Assembly: GCA_938002815.1 (NCBI GenBank) | Contig: CALKZT010000059.1 | Location: forward strand, 1 to 47,578 | Reading direction: 5' to 3' | Source: an uncultured bacterium | Lineage (GTDB): Bacteria > Desulfobacterota > DSM-4660 > Desulfatiglandales > CALKZT01 | Length of the DNA stretch: 47,578 bases | In this document: positions 1-8,820 of the stretch, in pieces | Numbering within the stretch: the first letter of the stretch is position 1 | Layout: every line of letters begins with the position of its first letter | The notes under the pieces: generated by a model | What the model was told of the DNA's origin: nothing | What the model saw: the letters and a program-made list of their open reading frames with translations, nothing else | The model's database searches: none | Program-made: the position numbers and the translations under genes

Positions 1-267
1 GCAACCAAGGGCTATCCCTTTGACTATCCCAAAGGCATGGAGATAAAGGGCCTTGGAGGAGCTGAAGAGGAGTATATCAAGATCTTCCACTCAGGGACAA
101 AGCTTAAAGATGGGAAGCTCTTTACGGATGGCGGAAGGGTCCTTTGCGTGACTGCCCTTGGGGAGGACCTAAAAGAGGCCCAGAGAAGGGCCTATGAGAG
201 GGTAGCTGGGATAGATTGGGATGGATGCTACTTTAGAAAAGATATAGGCTACAAGGGCTTAGACTAA
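1..267 (+). CDS. purD: Phosphoribosylamine--glycine ligase, C-terminal fragment (5' truncated by window edge)
   Basis: Frame is open from base 1 (ATKGYPFDYPKG...). GARS C-domain motifs FHSGT, TDGGRVL and YFRKDIG are present. Confidence 0.93.
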   Translation, partial: ATKGYPFDYPKGMEIKGLGGAEEEYIKIFHSGTKLKDGKLFTDGGRVLCVTALGEDLKEAQRRAYERVAGIDWDGCYFRKDIGYKGLD

Positions 268-1730
268 GTCCTCCTCTCTTTGTATTCCAGCATCCTTTTG
301 AGGCTTCTTACCGCCTGCTCTGGGCTCTGGTAAAAGACCCCCCTGTATCTCTTCCCCTCAAACTCCCTTACGATCTTTTCCCCTGAGGTGGTAAGGGAGA
401 CACCTATCACAGGCTTTTCGTATGCCTCCATGAACTCCACCATACGTAAGGCAAAGGAGGCCTCGTAGTTTTGGGCAAACTCATCTACCCTCTTTAAGAA
501 CTCAGGTGGTGTATCGGGATCTATCCTTTTGGCAGAATCCACCAAGAGATCCACCACATCCTTTCTCCCTACAATCCCCAGGACGATCACCGCATCTATA
601 CCCTCCCATCTTAAGAGCTCTTCCACTGCCACTAGGGGTGCGTTGGGATCCCTTGTACCTACCAGGTCCACAGGATTTGACTTGCTCCAGAAGTCTGGGA
701 GGTATCTGCCTATTGTCCGGACAATCTCCTCTGGTATCTCGGGGACCAAAAGACCCATTTCCTCGCAGAGGTCAGAGGTCACCACTCCCCAACCTCCCCC
801 AAGGGTCACTATCCCTATCCTGTTACCCTTAGGCAGGGGTACCGAAGAAAAGGCTGCGGATAGTTCCAATAGCTCAGAAGGGATCGAGACCTCTATTATA
901 CCTGCCTGTCTTAAGGCCCCCCTAAAGACCCTGTTTTCCCCTGCCACGGCACCGGTATGGGTCGCAGCCGCCTTTCCGCCTGCTTTTGTCCTCCCTCCCT
1001 TGAGGAGCAAGATGGGTTTCTCTTGGGTAATCCTCTTTGCCATAGATACAAGATCCCTACCATCCCCTATTTCCTCCAAATAGAGGACTATGATCCTGGT
1101 CCTGGGATCCCTTTCCAGATATAATAAGAAATCCCTATAGGTAGCCATCCCCTCGTTCCCAGAACCCACAAACATGGAAATCCCTATCCCCTGCTGTGTG
1201 GCCCAAAAGACCAGCTGATTCCCCAAATTCCCTGACTGGGAGACAAAGGCCACATCTCCCTTTTTGGGCCTGGTATGGGGGCCTGTGGCATATAAGTCTG
1301 CGTAAGGGGATATGAGCCCCATGGTGTTGGGCCCCACGAGCAGGATCCCCTCCCTCTCCAAGAATTCTACCATCTCCCTCTGAAGCCTCTTTCCCTCTTC
1401 ACCTGTCTCACCGAAGCCACTTGTAATCATCAGAATGGACTTTACCCTCTTTTGGGCGCACTCTTTGAGGACCTCCATCACCCTCTGGGCAGGTATTGTA
1501 ACAAAAACCAGGTCTACCTTATCAGGGACCTCTAAGATGCTCTTGTAGCATTTAAGCCCAAAGAGGTATTCTTTGTGGGGGTTTATCGGATATATCGGAC
1601 CCCTAAAATTCCCTGCCACTATGTTGCTGGTAATCAGCTGACCCCACTTTCCAAAGTAGTTTGTGGCACCTATCACTGCCACAGACCGGGGAAACAGCAA
1701 GGCTTCTATGTCCTTAAAGGAAATCTCCAT
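264..1730 (-). CDS. Acetate/acyl-CoA ligase (ADP-forming) alpha-subunit family protein
   Basis: CoA-binding N-terminus (PRSVAVIGA, YPINP, ITSGFGETG, GPNTMG), SQSG motif, phospho-His motif AATHTGAVAG and SNPVDL. No fused ATP-grasp beta domain. Confidence 0.88.
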   Translation of the reverse strand: MEISFKDIEALLFPRSVAVIGATNYFGKWGQLITSNIVAGNFRGPIYPINPHKEYLFGLKCYKSILEVPDKVDLVFVTIPAQRVMEVLKECAQKRVKSILMITSGFGETGEEGKRLQREMVEFLEREGILLVGPNTMGLISPYADLYATGPHTRPKKGDVAFVSQSGNLGNQLVFWATQQGIGISMFVGSGNEGMATYRDFLLYLERDPRTRIIVLYLEEIGDGRDLVSMAKRITQEKPILLLKGGRTKAGGKAAATHTGAVAGENRVFRGALRQAGIIEVSIPSELLELSAAFSSVPLPKGNRIGIVTLGGGWGVVTSDLCEEMGLLVPEIPEEIVRTIGRYLPDFWSKSNPVDLVGTRDPNAPLVAVEELLRWEGIDAVIVLGIVGRKDVVDLLVDSAKRIDPDTPPEFLKRVDEFAQNYEASFALRMVEFMEAYEKPVIGVSLTTSGEKIVREFEGKRYRGVFYQSPEQAVRSLKRMLEYKERRT

Positions 1731-1780
1731 CTATTAGATCCCCCTCAACTCGTTCTACCTCCCCTGGGATATGCCATTAT

Positions 1781-2710
1781 CTAAGCCTTTGGTAAGGATT
1801 CCTTCAAGAATCTGATAAGATTTCCGCCCAATATCTCATAAGTGGCAGGCCCATATCCCTTATCCAGGAGGGTCTCTTTAAGGGAAGAGACTGTATCGGA
1901 ATAAGAAAAACCCTGCCCTTGAAACCCACATACGTCGGAGCCAAGACAGACCCTCTCTGGGCCAAAGGCCTGAACCAGGATATCTATGCTCGCATAAAGC
2001 CTCTCCATGGGAATACACCCTCCTTCCCAGAGGAGCTCCGGATTTATGGAGATCCCCACGACCCCTCCCCTCTCCATCACCTCTCTTGCCTGGGCCAGGG
2101 TTATGTTTCTGGGTATATCATATATCTCCCTTATCCCTGTATGGCTTGCCATCAAGGGGCCTCTAAAGAGATCTAAGGCCTGATAAAAGGACCTTTCGTT
2201 TAGGTGGGCCAAATCCAGTATCAGACCTTCCCCCTCCATCCCTTTCAGTACAGATCTCCCATCCCTCTTTATCCCATCTCCATAAAGGACAAGGTTCCCC
2301 TCTGCAAGCCTATTAGGCCCACAGTGAGTGAGGCCAAGGACAAAGATCCCCTTTTCCCGCAGTTTTTCCACTAGCCCCATCTCATCACACAAAAAGTCGG
2401 CATTTTCTATGGAAAAGAGGGTTTTGATCTTCCCTTCCTCTGGTTCTATAGAAGCTGCGTCCCTGACGAGGAAGGTATCTTCCTTTATGGAATCCAGATA
2501 CCTTAACGTATCACGAAAATGTAGGAGGCTTAGGGGACCATTGTATCTGTCCTCCAGGTATATGGCAGAGATAAAGAAAACAAGCCCTGCCCTTCCTGCC
2601 TCTTCAAGGGTAAGGTCACCCTCTTTGAGGCCCCTCCAAGGGCCAGTAAATCTCTTCTCCCTTAGGAGATAAGGGAGGTCCACATGGGCATCTGAGAGCA
2701 AGACCCCCAT
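1781..2710 (-). CDS. Membrane dipeptidase (peptidase M19, amidohydrolase fold)
   Basis: DAHVD, SIEN, GLTH, DLAH, ASHTG...RN and LGSD motifs of the renal-dipeptidase family. Confidence 0.85.
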   Translation of the reverse strand: MGVLLSDAHVDLPYLLREKRFTGPWRGLKEGDLTLEEAGRAGLVFFISAIYLEDRYNGPLSLLHFRDTLRYLDSIKEDTFLVRDAASIEPEEGKIKTLFSIENADFLCDEMGLVEKLREKGIFVLGLTHCGPNRLAEGNLVLYGDGIKRDGRSVLKGMEGEGLILDLAHLNERSFYQALDLFRGPLMASHTGIREIYDIPRNITLAQAREVMERGGVVGISINPELLWEGGCIPMERLYASIDILVQAFGPERVCLGSDVCGFQGQGFSYSDTVSSLKETLLDKGYGPATYEILGGNLIRFLKESLPKA

Positions 2711-2712
2711 TT

Positions 2713-4584
2713 CTAAAAGTTGACAGAGGGGAAGAGCCTCATCTCTGTATGGGGCAAAAACAGGGCTGCCACATACTCATTCATAAAGGGCGGGTAGACG
2801 GAGAGCTCTATATTGGTCATGGACCTACTGATATTTAAGGCCCTCTCAAACTCCAGATGTGACATGAGACAAAGCCTTGCGCCCTTTAGGGAGGTGTTTC
2901 CTACGTACTTTATCTTTTCTATGGGTATATCCGGGAGAAGTCCGATCCCAATGGCCTTTTTGGGATCTATGTAATTTCCAAAGCCACCCGCCACGAAAAG
3001 GTCCTCTATGAACTCAAAGCTGAGCCCCACATAGTCTATAAGACATTTTAGGGCGGCAAAGACTGCTCCCTTGGACTTAATAAGGCTATCTATATCTGTC
3101 TCTGTAATCACAATGGGTCTGTTTGTGGCACTCTCCTCTCCAAAAACAAGGATGTATTGCGGTATGTCATCCTCATAGGTGAGCCTTCTGTCATTTCTGG
3201 ACCTGTCAAACTTCCCATCTTTCCCTATGATCCTGTTTTTCATAAGTTCGTATATGGCATCTATCAGGCCTGATCCGCATATACCCTTTGGCCTCTGATT
3301 TCCTATGGTGCTTACCACCACATCACTGCCCTCTATCTTCACCTTTTCTATTGCGCCCTGGGTGGCACGCATACCACAGCTAATACCCCCGCCTTCAAAG
3401 GCAGGGCCTGCAGAGGCTGAACAGCACACAAGCCAGTCCTTGTTTCCGAGCACGATCTCACCGTTGGTTCCTATATCTATTAAGGCACTTACCCCTTCCC
3501 TTTCATATATCTTACAGGCCAAGACCCCTGCCACAATGTCCCCTCCCACATAAGATGCTACAGATGGTACCACCACCAGAGGGGCATGAGGATTCACCCT
3601 TATGCCCACTTCCCTTGCCTTGGGAATGGGATAGGAATAAGCCGCCGGGACATATGGGTCGAGTCTTATGGCACAGGGATGTATCCCCAAAAGGAGGTGG
3701 CTCATGGTGGTATTGCCTGCTGCCACCACAGACCAGATCTCTTCAGGCTTGATAGTGTTTCTCCCGCAGAGGGTCTCTATAAGCTCATTTATGTCCTTTA
3801 CCACAGAGGACTGAAGGGGCTCAATACCGCCCTTGGAGCAGGCATATATGAGCCTGGATATCACGTCTTCTCCATAACTCCCCTGGGAATTGAGTTTCCC
3901 TTCCACATCTATGATCTTCTTGGACCAGAGATCCACCAACTGTGCCACCACTGTGGTGGTCCCCACGTCCACGGCAAGCCCGAGGTTTTTGTGGGTAGTG
4001 TTACCTGGCTCTATACAGAGTATCCGGTACTCCTCGAACTCCTTTAAAAGGACACTGGTAACCTTCCAGTCGTTCTCCCTCAGGATATAGGGGAGACCCT
4101 TTAGACAATCCAACTCCAGCTTATATCCCCTCCACCCCAATTTCTTCCTAAGCTCCCTAAAGACCCTCTCAGCATCCGCAATGTTGTCATCGGCAGTGGG
4201 AGGAAACAGCTCCAGGAACAGTTTTTGAACCAGTGGCTTTCCAAGGTCCTTCTGGGCCTCCTCCTCTGACTCCAACATGATCTGGGCACCCTCACCGGTG
4301 GCCTCAAGGGGCACCTCAACGGTTACATCCTCCTCTGGAATAGTTTGACAGGCAAGCACATAGCCTTTTTCTACCTCTTCTTCCCCTAAAAGTTCCCGGC
4401 TCCTGGCTAGGCCCTCCACCTTACCACTTTTTAGGAGGACCTTACATTCACCGCAGACCCCTTGTCCACCACAGAGGTTGTTGATATAAACTCCACCCTT
4501 CTGGGCCGCCTCGATTATAGAAGCCCCCTTCTCCACCTCAACAGATAACCCCATTGGTAAAAACCTTACACTGACCTTTGGCAT
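2713..4584 (-). CDS. RACo/AcsV-type ATP-dependent corrinoid reductive activator (2Fe-2S plus ASKHA domain)
   Basis: N-terminal CGGQGVCGEC...LACQ ferredoxin domain; DVGTTT, DIGTNGE, SASAGPAFEGG and GICGSG motifs. Start reassigned to ATG 4584 (MPKVSV), which has a GGAGG-like SD; the 84 upstream codons in the ORF track overlap hypE and the intergenic region. Confidence 0.9.
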   Translation of the reverse strand: MPKVSVRFLPMGLSVEVEKGASIIEAAQKGGVYINNLCGGQGVCGECKVLLKSGKVEGLARSRELLGEEEVEKGYVLACQTIPEEDVTVEVPLEATGEGAQIMLESEEEAQKDLGKPLVQKLFLELFPPTADDNIADAERVFRELRKKLGWRGYKLELDCLKGLPYILRENDWKVTSVLLKEFEEYRILCIEPGNTTHKNLGLAVDVGTTTVVAQLVDLWSKKIIDVEGKLNSQGSYGEDVISRLIYACSKGGIEPLQSSVVKDINELIETLCGRNTIKPEEIWSVVAAGNTTMSHLLLGIHPCAIRLDPYVPAAYSYPIPKAREVGIRVNPHAPLVVVPSVASYVGGDIVAGVLACKIYEREGVSALIDIGTNGEIVLGNKDWLVCCSASAGPAFEGGGISCGMRATQGAIEKVKIEGSDVVVSTIGNQRPKGICGSGLIDAIYELMKNRIIGKDGKFDRSRNDRRLTYEDDIPQYILVFGEESATNRPIVITETDIDSLIKSKGAVFAALKCLIDYVGLSFEFIEDLFVAGGFGNYIDPKKAIGIGLLPDIPIEKIKYVGNTSLKGARLCLMSHLEFERALNISRSMTNIELSVYPPFMNEYVAALFLPHTEMRLFPSVNF

Positions 4585-4738
4585 GAACCCTCCCTGAAGC
4601 TTCGATGAAAGATCCAAAGTTGACACCGCCCTGGCTTCACTATTAGATGGACCCTGAAAATGGAATATGTCAATGAATCCTTTAGCACATAAAGGAAGGC
4701 GGTAAAAGAATTTTTTCACTTGCAAAGGGGAAGAAGAG

Positions 4739-5767
4739 ATGGAGACCATCCCTATGAGAGAGCAGTTTATTACCCTGGAACACGGCAGCGGAGGGGCGAA
4801 GACCATGGAATTTATCCAGAGATGGATCCTCTCCAAACTTGGTAATCCCTACCTAGAACCCTTAGATGACAGCGCAGAATTGTTCTTGGGCCAAGATCTC
4901 CGTATTGCCTTTACATTGGACTGCTATGTGGTAAGTCCCATATTTTTCCCAGGCGGGGACATAGGAAGTCTGGCCGTTTATGGAACGGTGAACGACCTTG
5001 CTATGCAAGGTGCAGAGCCTCTATATCTGAGTCTGGGCCTTATCTTGGAGGAGGGCCTCCCTTTGGCGGAACTGGAAAAGATCTTAGAATCCGTAAAAGG
5101 GGCGGCCCACCACGCAGGGGTACTCGTGGTGACAGGGGATACAAAGGTGGTAAAGAAAGGAGAGGCAGATAAGGTATATATCACCACCTCAGGGGTAGGC
5201 CTAATTCCCCCCAAACTAAACTTCGGGATCAGTAATGCAAGGCCTGGGGACCTTGTGGTGGTAAATGGGACTATAGGGGATCATGGTATGGCAATTTTGG
5301 CTTCAAGGGAGGAGCTCGGGATAGAATCCCAGATCAAGAGTGACACTGCACCCCTCTCCCTTCTGCTGAGGGAACTGGGGGATTTGAAATTCCATATCAG
5401 GGCCTTAAAGGACCCCACAAGGGGAGGTCTTGCCACAACCCTCAACGAGATGGCCACATCCTCTTGCGTGGGGATAGAGATCTGGGAAAGGGAGATACCC
5501 TTCCACCAAGAGGTGCTGGGCCTCTCGGAACTTCTGGGGTTGGATCCCCTCTACCTTGCCAATGAAGGTAAGCTTGTGGCCATAGTGGAAAGGTCAAAGG
5601 CAGATGAGATCGTGGAGGTGATGAGGAGACATCCTTTAGGAAAGGATTCTAAGATCATAGGAGAGGTATTGGAAGCCCCTAAGGAGAAGGTCTTACTGAA
5701 GACCAAAATAGGGGGCAAAAGGATAATACCTATACTCAAGGGGATTCAGCTTCCCAGGATATGTTAG
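4739..5767 (+). CDS. hypE: Hydrogenase maturation carbamoyl dehydratase HypE
   Basis: HGSGG, FFPGGDIG, GDTKVV, DPTRGG, ANEGK and C-terminal LPRIC. Confidence 0.96.
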   Translation: METIPMREQFITLEHGSGGAKTMEFIQRWILSKLGNPYLEPLDDSAELFLGQDLRIAFTLDCYVVSPIFFPGGDIGSLAVYGTVNDLAMQGAEPLYLSLGLILEEGLPLAELEKILESVKGAAHHAGVLVVTGDTKVVKKGEADKVYITTSGVGLIPPKLNFGISNARPGDLVVVNGTIGDHGMAILASREELGIESQIKSDTAPLSLLLRELGDLKFHIRALKDPTRGGLATTLNEMATSSCVGIEIWEREIPFHQEVLGLSELLGLDPLYLANEGKLVAIVERSKADEIVEVMRRHPLGKDSKIIGEVLEAPKEKVLLKTKIGGKRIIPILKGIQLPRIC

Positions 5768-6684
5768 GCCTCTTCCAGGGCCAAATCCACCAATCTGGTC
5801 AAAAGCTCAGACATACTCCAGCCCTTTGCCCTTGCAGCCAACGGGAAGAGGCTCGTGGGTGTCATGCCAGGGAGTGTATTTGTTTCCAGTACAAATATCT
5901 CGTTTCCCCTGAGTATCATGTCAGTCCTGCTAAAATTCCTCAACCCCAGGGCCCTGTGTGCAGCAATTCCAATCTCCTGGGCCTTCTTTGCCAGTTTTGG
6001 ATCTATCCTTGCAGGGCAGACCTCCAATGTCTTCCCCTCTTCATATTTGGAGCTGAAGTCAAAGACCTCTGAATATAGCGGCACAATCTCCACTATGGGT
6101 AAGGCCTCAAGGACCCTATTTCCTATCACACAGCAGGTGAGCTCCTTCCCCTCTATGTATTCCTCCACAAGCATCCTATAGCCCCCTAAGATACCTTCTT
6201 TCAATGCATGGTCTAAGTCCTTAAGACCCCTGCATAGCCTTAACCCAAAGCTGGACCCTTCATCCACCGGTTTTACTATCAGGGGAAGGCCAAGGTCCTT
6301 CAGTTTCTCTATCTCTCCCAAGCTCTCCACCAAGACCCCCTTTGGGACCTTTAGACCGGCCTGGGAAAACAGGATCTTGCTCATATATTTATTCATCGCA
6401 AGGGCACTACCCAAGACCCCACTTCCCAGGTACCTTACCCCTGCTATCTCCAAAAGCCCTTGCATTGAGCCGTCTTCCCCCTTTTTTCCATGGAGCATGT
6501 TGATCACCAGATCCACCCCCATAATCCTCTCCAAGAGGCCCAGGGGATTCTCCCTGGGATCGTATAGGTCTACGTCGAAGCGCTCCCTGGGAAGATTCTC
6601 ATAGACACCTCTTCCGCTTTTCAGGGAGACCTCCCTCTCCCTGCTCCAACCCCCTGCAAGTATTAAGATCTTCCTCTTCATCAT
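5764..6684 (-). CDS. ddl: D-alanine--D-alanine ligase
   Basis: GGWSREREVSL, LHGKKGEDG, GSSFG and LETNTLPGMT motifs. Start taken as ATG 6684 (6681 is an alternative). Confidence 0.95.
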   Translation of the reverse strand: MMKRKILILAGGWSREREVSLKSGRGVYENLPRERFDVDLYDPRENPLGLLERIMGVDLVINMLHGKKGEDGSMQGLLEIAGVRYLGSGVLGSALAMNKYMSKILFSQAGLKVPKGVLVESLGEIEKLKDLGLPLIVKPVDEGSSFGLRLCRGLKDLDHALKEGILGGYRMLVEEYIEGKELTCCVIGNRVLEALPIVEIVPLYSEVFDFSSKYEEGKTLEVCPARIDPKLAKKAQEIGIAAHRALGLRNFSRTDMILRGNEIFVLETNTLPGMTPTSLFPLAARAKGWSMSELLTRLVDLALEEA

Positions 6685-6954
6685 ACCCCTCTTGAAAAAT
6701 ATAAGGCCCATAAGGCCAAAACAATTAGCAAATAAAAGAACGGTTAAGAAATTTCAAGAAACGAATTTTGGGACCTATTAGTACACTCTTTTATCCCAAA
6801 GACAACTATTTGAAATCACGTAATTTTTCAAAAAGCCCAATCCCTTGTCCTGTCTATAAAAGGGCCCAGATAGGGCATTTCTCGGCACCCCAAAGGGGGG
6901 TTTTGAGGTCAAAAAATAAGAAACAGCTAAGTTTAGAAAAAGGAAAATCTGCCT

Positions 6955-6984
6955 TTGACTAAAAGGACCCAGAAGGCCTATAAG
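6955..6984 (+). promoter_or_regulatory. Putative sigma70 promoter for the dnaA paralog
   Basis: TTGACT-N18-TATAAG, ending 47 nt upstream of the GTG at 7032. Confidence 0.5.
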
Positions 6985-7031
6985 CCCCTTACTCTGGCCA
7001 GTCACCCAAGCGTGTTAACCCTTAGCCATTA

Positions 7032-8372
7032 GTGGAGACAGATATGAAATTTGATTGGGATGAGATAAAGCTTGGGATTAGAGGGGAGATCCCTGAAAAC
7101 AGCTATCAGCTCTGGATAAAGCCCCTAAAGGTCGTAGCCGAGGAGCAAAACAGACTGATACTGGGATGTCCCAATAAGTTTTCCAGGGATTGGATCCTAA
7201 AAAACTATCTCATGTTCCTGCAGCACAAATTTAAGGAATTTGGGATGGAGGAGGTAGAGTTGGTCTTGGAGGTCGTTGAAAGAGGGGAAGACAAGGGGAT
7301 GGAGACCCATACCCCTTCTACCCAGCTCTCCCACAGACCCCTGCTCCCCAATGCCCTACCTGAGGATCCGGCCTATACCTTTGAAAACTTTGTAGTGGGA
7401 GCCTCTAACCAGTTCGCCTACTTTGCCTCAAGGGCAGTAGCAGATCTCTCCTTCAGGGACTACAAGATCCTTCTCATGCTCTCCTATCCAGGTCTTGGCA
7501 AGACCCATCTTACAAAAGCGATATTGAATTACCTCCACCAAAAAAGGCCAGAGCTCAGGGTAAGATATGTGACTGCAGAGGAATTTACATCTCAGCTGGT
7601 CAAAAGTATAAAACAGAACAGGGCAGAGGAATTCAAAGAAACCTTCAGGAAAGATTGTGACATATTGCTGATGGAAGAATTGCACTTCCTAAGCGGAAAA
7701 AAAAGGACCCAAGTAGAATTTAGCCACACTATGGAAAGGCTCATTAATGAAAAAAAGACTATTGTGATTACAAGCTGTTTGCCTCCAAAAGACATACCAG
7801 ATTTGAACAATGAATTTAAGTCAAGATTAGCCTTGTCGCTTATTGCATCCATAGAAGAACCTGATTTTGATACACGATATAGAATAGTACAACTTAAGGC
7901 AAAACAGCTGGGACTACCAATAACAAAGGATATTTCAACAACAATTGCTTCCTATGTAAAAAATGACGTAAGGGTAATTGAATGCATATTAAAATACCTC
8001 AAAGCAAGATTTGAACTCACAGAAGAAAAGATAAGTCAAAATCTGGTATTGGAAGCATTAAACAAACTTTTAGCTAAAGCCTCGGCCCTTACCCCAGTTG
8101 TGGCAGAAAAAGTAGTATGCAAATATTTCAATGTCACTCCGGAAGATCTCAGATCAAAGTCTAAGAAAAAAAATCTCGTATTAAGTAGGAATGTGTTTGC
8201 TTATCTGTGCAGGAAACACTGTAATCAGTCTATAAAAGAAATATCCACGTATATTAAGAGGGCCCACTCTACGGTACTCCATGGTCTCGAGGCCCTGGAA
8301 AGAGACATGTCCAATAATCACACCCTAAAACAACATGTGGAAGCAATAGAAAAAGCTCTCTTGGGTTCATGA
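7032..8372 (+). CDS. dnaA: DnaA-family replication initiator protein, divergent paralog
   Basis: Domain I (WIKPL, PNKF), YTFENFVVGASN, PGLGKTHL Walker A, KSRL arginine finger and domain IV HSTVLH. Several canonical residues are altered and dnaN does not follow. Confidence 0.85.
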   Translation: METDMKFDWDEIKLGIRGEIPENSYQLWIKPLKVVAEEQNRLILGCPNKFSRDWILKNYLMFLQHKFKEFGMEEVELVLEVVERGEDKGMETHTPSTQLSHRPLLPNALPEDPAYTFENFVVGASNQFAYFASRAVADLSFRDYKILLMLSYPGLGKTHLTKAILNYLHQKRPELRVRYVTAEEFTSQLVKSIKQNRAEEFKETFRKDCDILLMEELHFLSGKKRTQVEFSHTMERLINEKKTIVITSCLPPKDIPDLNNEFKSRLALSLIASIEEPDFDTRYRIVQLKAKQLGLPITKDISTTIASYVKNDVRVIECILKYLKARFELTEEKISQNLVLEALNKLLAKASALTPVVAEKVVCKYFNVTPEDLRSKSKKKNLVLSRNVFAYLCRKHCNQSIKEISTYIKRAHSTVLHGLEALERDMSNNHTLKQHVEAIEKALLGS

Positions 8373-8587
8373 TCCTCATAAGAATTGTGTCTATACTTAT
8401 TTGCCTCACCATAGGAGCAATTGTGGGAACGGTCGCCATAACCTCTATAGAGGTGGGTCTTAGGGAATATCCCAAAAGGGGATATTGGCTACCGATTACA
8501 TTTGGTGGAATTTTGCTCTGCCTATATACCTATCTCTTGGCAAGGTTGAACTTCTGTTTCCCTAAGTTTGGGCATAAAAGGCCTTGA
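8369..8587 (+). CDS. Small two-TM hypothetical membrane protein
   Basis: ATGA overlap with the dnaA stop codon; two hydrophobic segments. Confidence 0.5.
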   Translation: MILIRIVSILICLTIGAIVGTVAITSIEVGLREYPKRGYWLPITFGGILLCLYTYLLARLNFCFPKFGHKRP

Positions 8588-8741
8588 GCTCTTCTTCCTC
8601 TTTAGGAGAAAGGTTGAACTTATAAGCAGCTTTTTCGATCAACTTTGATAGATCCAGACTTTCATCCATCTTTAATTCCTCTGAGATCCACCTTACTGCC
8701 TGTCTTATCTTTTCACCTTTGGGCATAATTGTACACATCAT
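8562..8741 (-). CDS. Small hypothetical protein (59 aa) absent from the ORF track
   Basis: Manual translation: MMCTIMPKGEKIRQAVRWISEELKMDESLDLSKLIEKAAYKFNLSPKEEEELKAFYAQT*. GAGGGG SD upstream (start may be 8738). Resembles small helical proteins I recall from deltaproteobacteria. Confidence 0.78.
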   Translation of the reverse strand: MMCTIMPKGEKIRQAVRWISEELKMDESLDLSKLIEKAAYKFNLSPKEEEELKAFYAQT

Positions 8742-8765
8742 GATACCCCTCTACTTTTATCAGCC

Positions 8766-8795
8766 TTGACTTTCCCAGATGATATCGCATATCTT
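8766..8795 (+). promoter_or_regulatory. Putative sigma70 promoter for the 8821-11308 unit
   Basis: TTGACT-N18-TATCTT upstream of the AGGAGG SD at the 8821 start. Confidence 0.4.
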
Positions 8796-8820
8796 CTATT
8801 TAAGCAATTCATAATAGGAG

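Noticed and set aside
4585-4836. 84-aa N-terminal extension of the RACo ORF
   Set aside because: It overlaps hypE on the opposite strand, has no family similarity, and a good SD precedes ATG 4584.
6768-7005. Short ORFs 6768-6962 (+) and 6778-7005 (-)
   Set aside because: No SD or recognisable motifs; they lie over promoter-like AT-rich DNA.
6712-8820. Classical oriC around dnaA
   Set aside because: No clustered TTATCCACA-type boxes on either side, no dnaN, and the downstream gap is filled by small genes.
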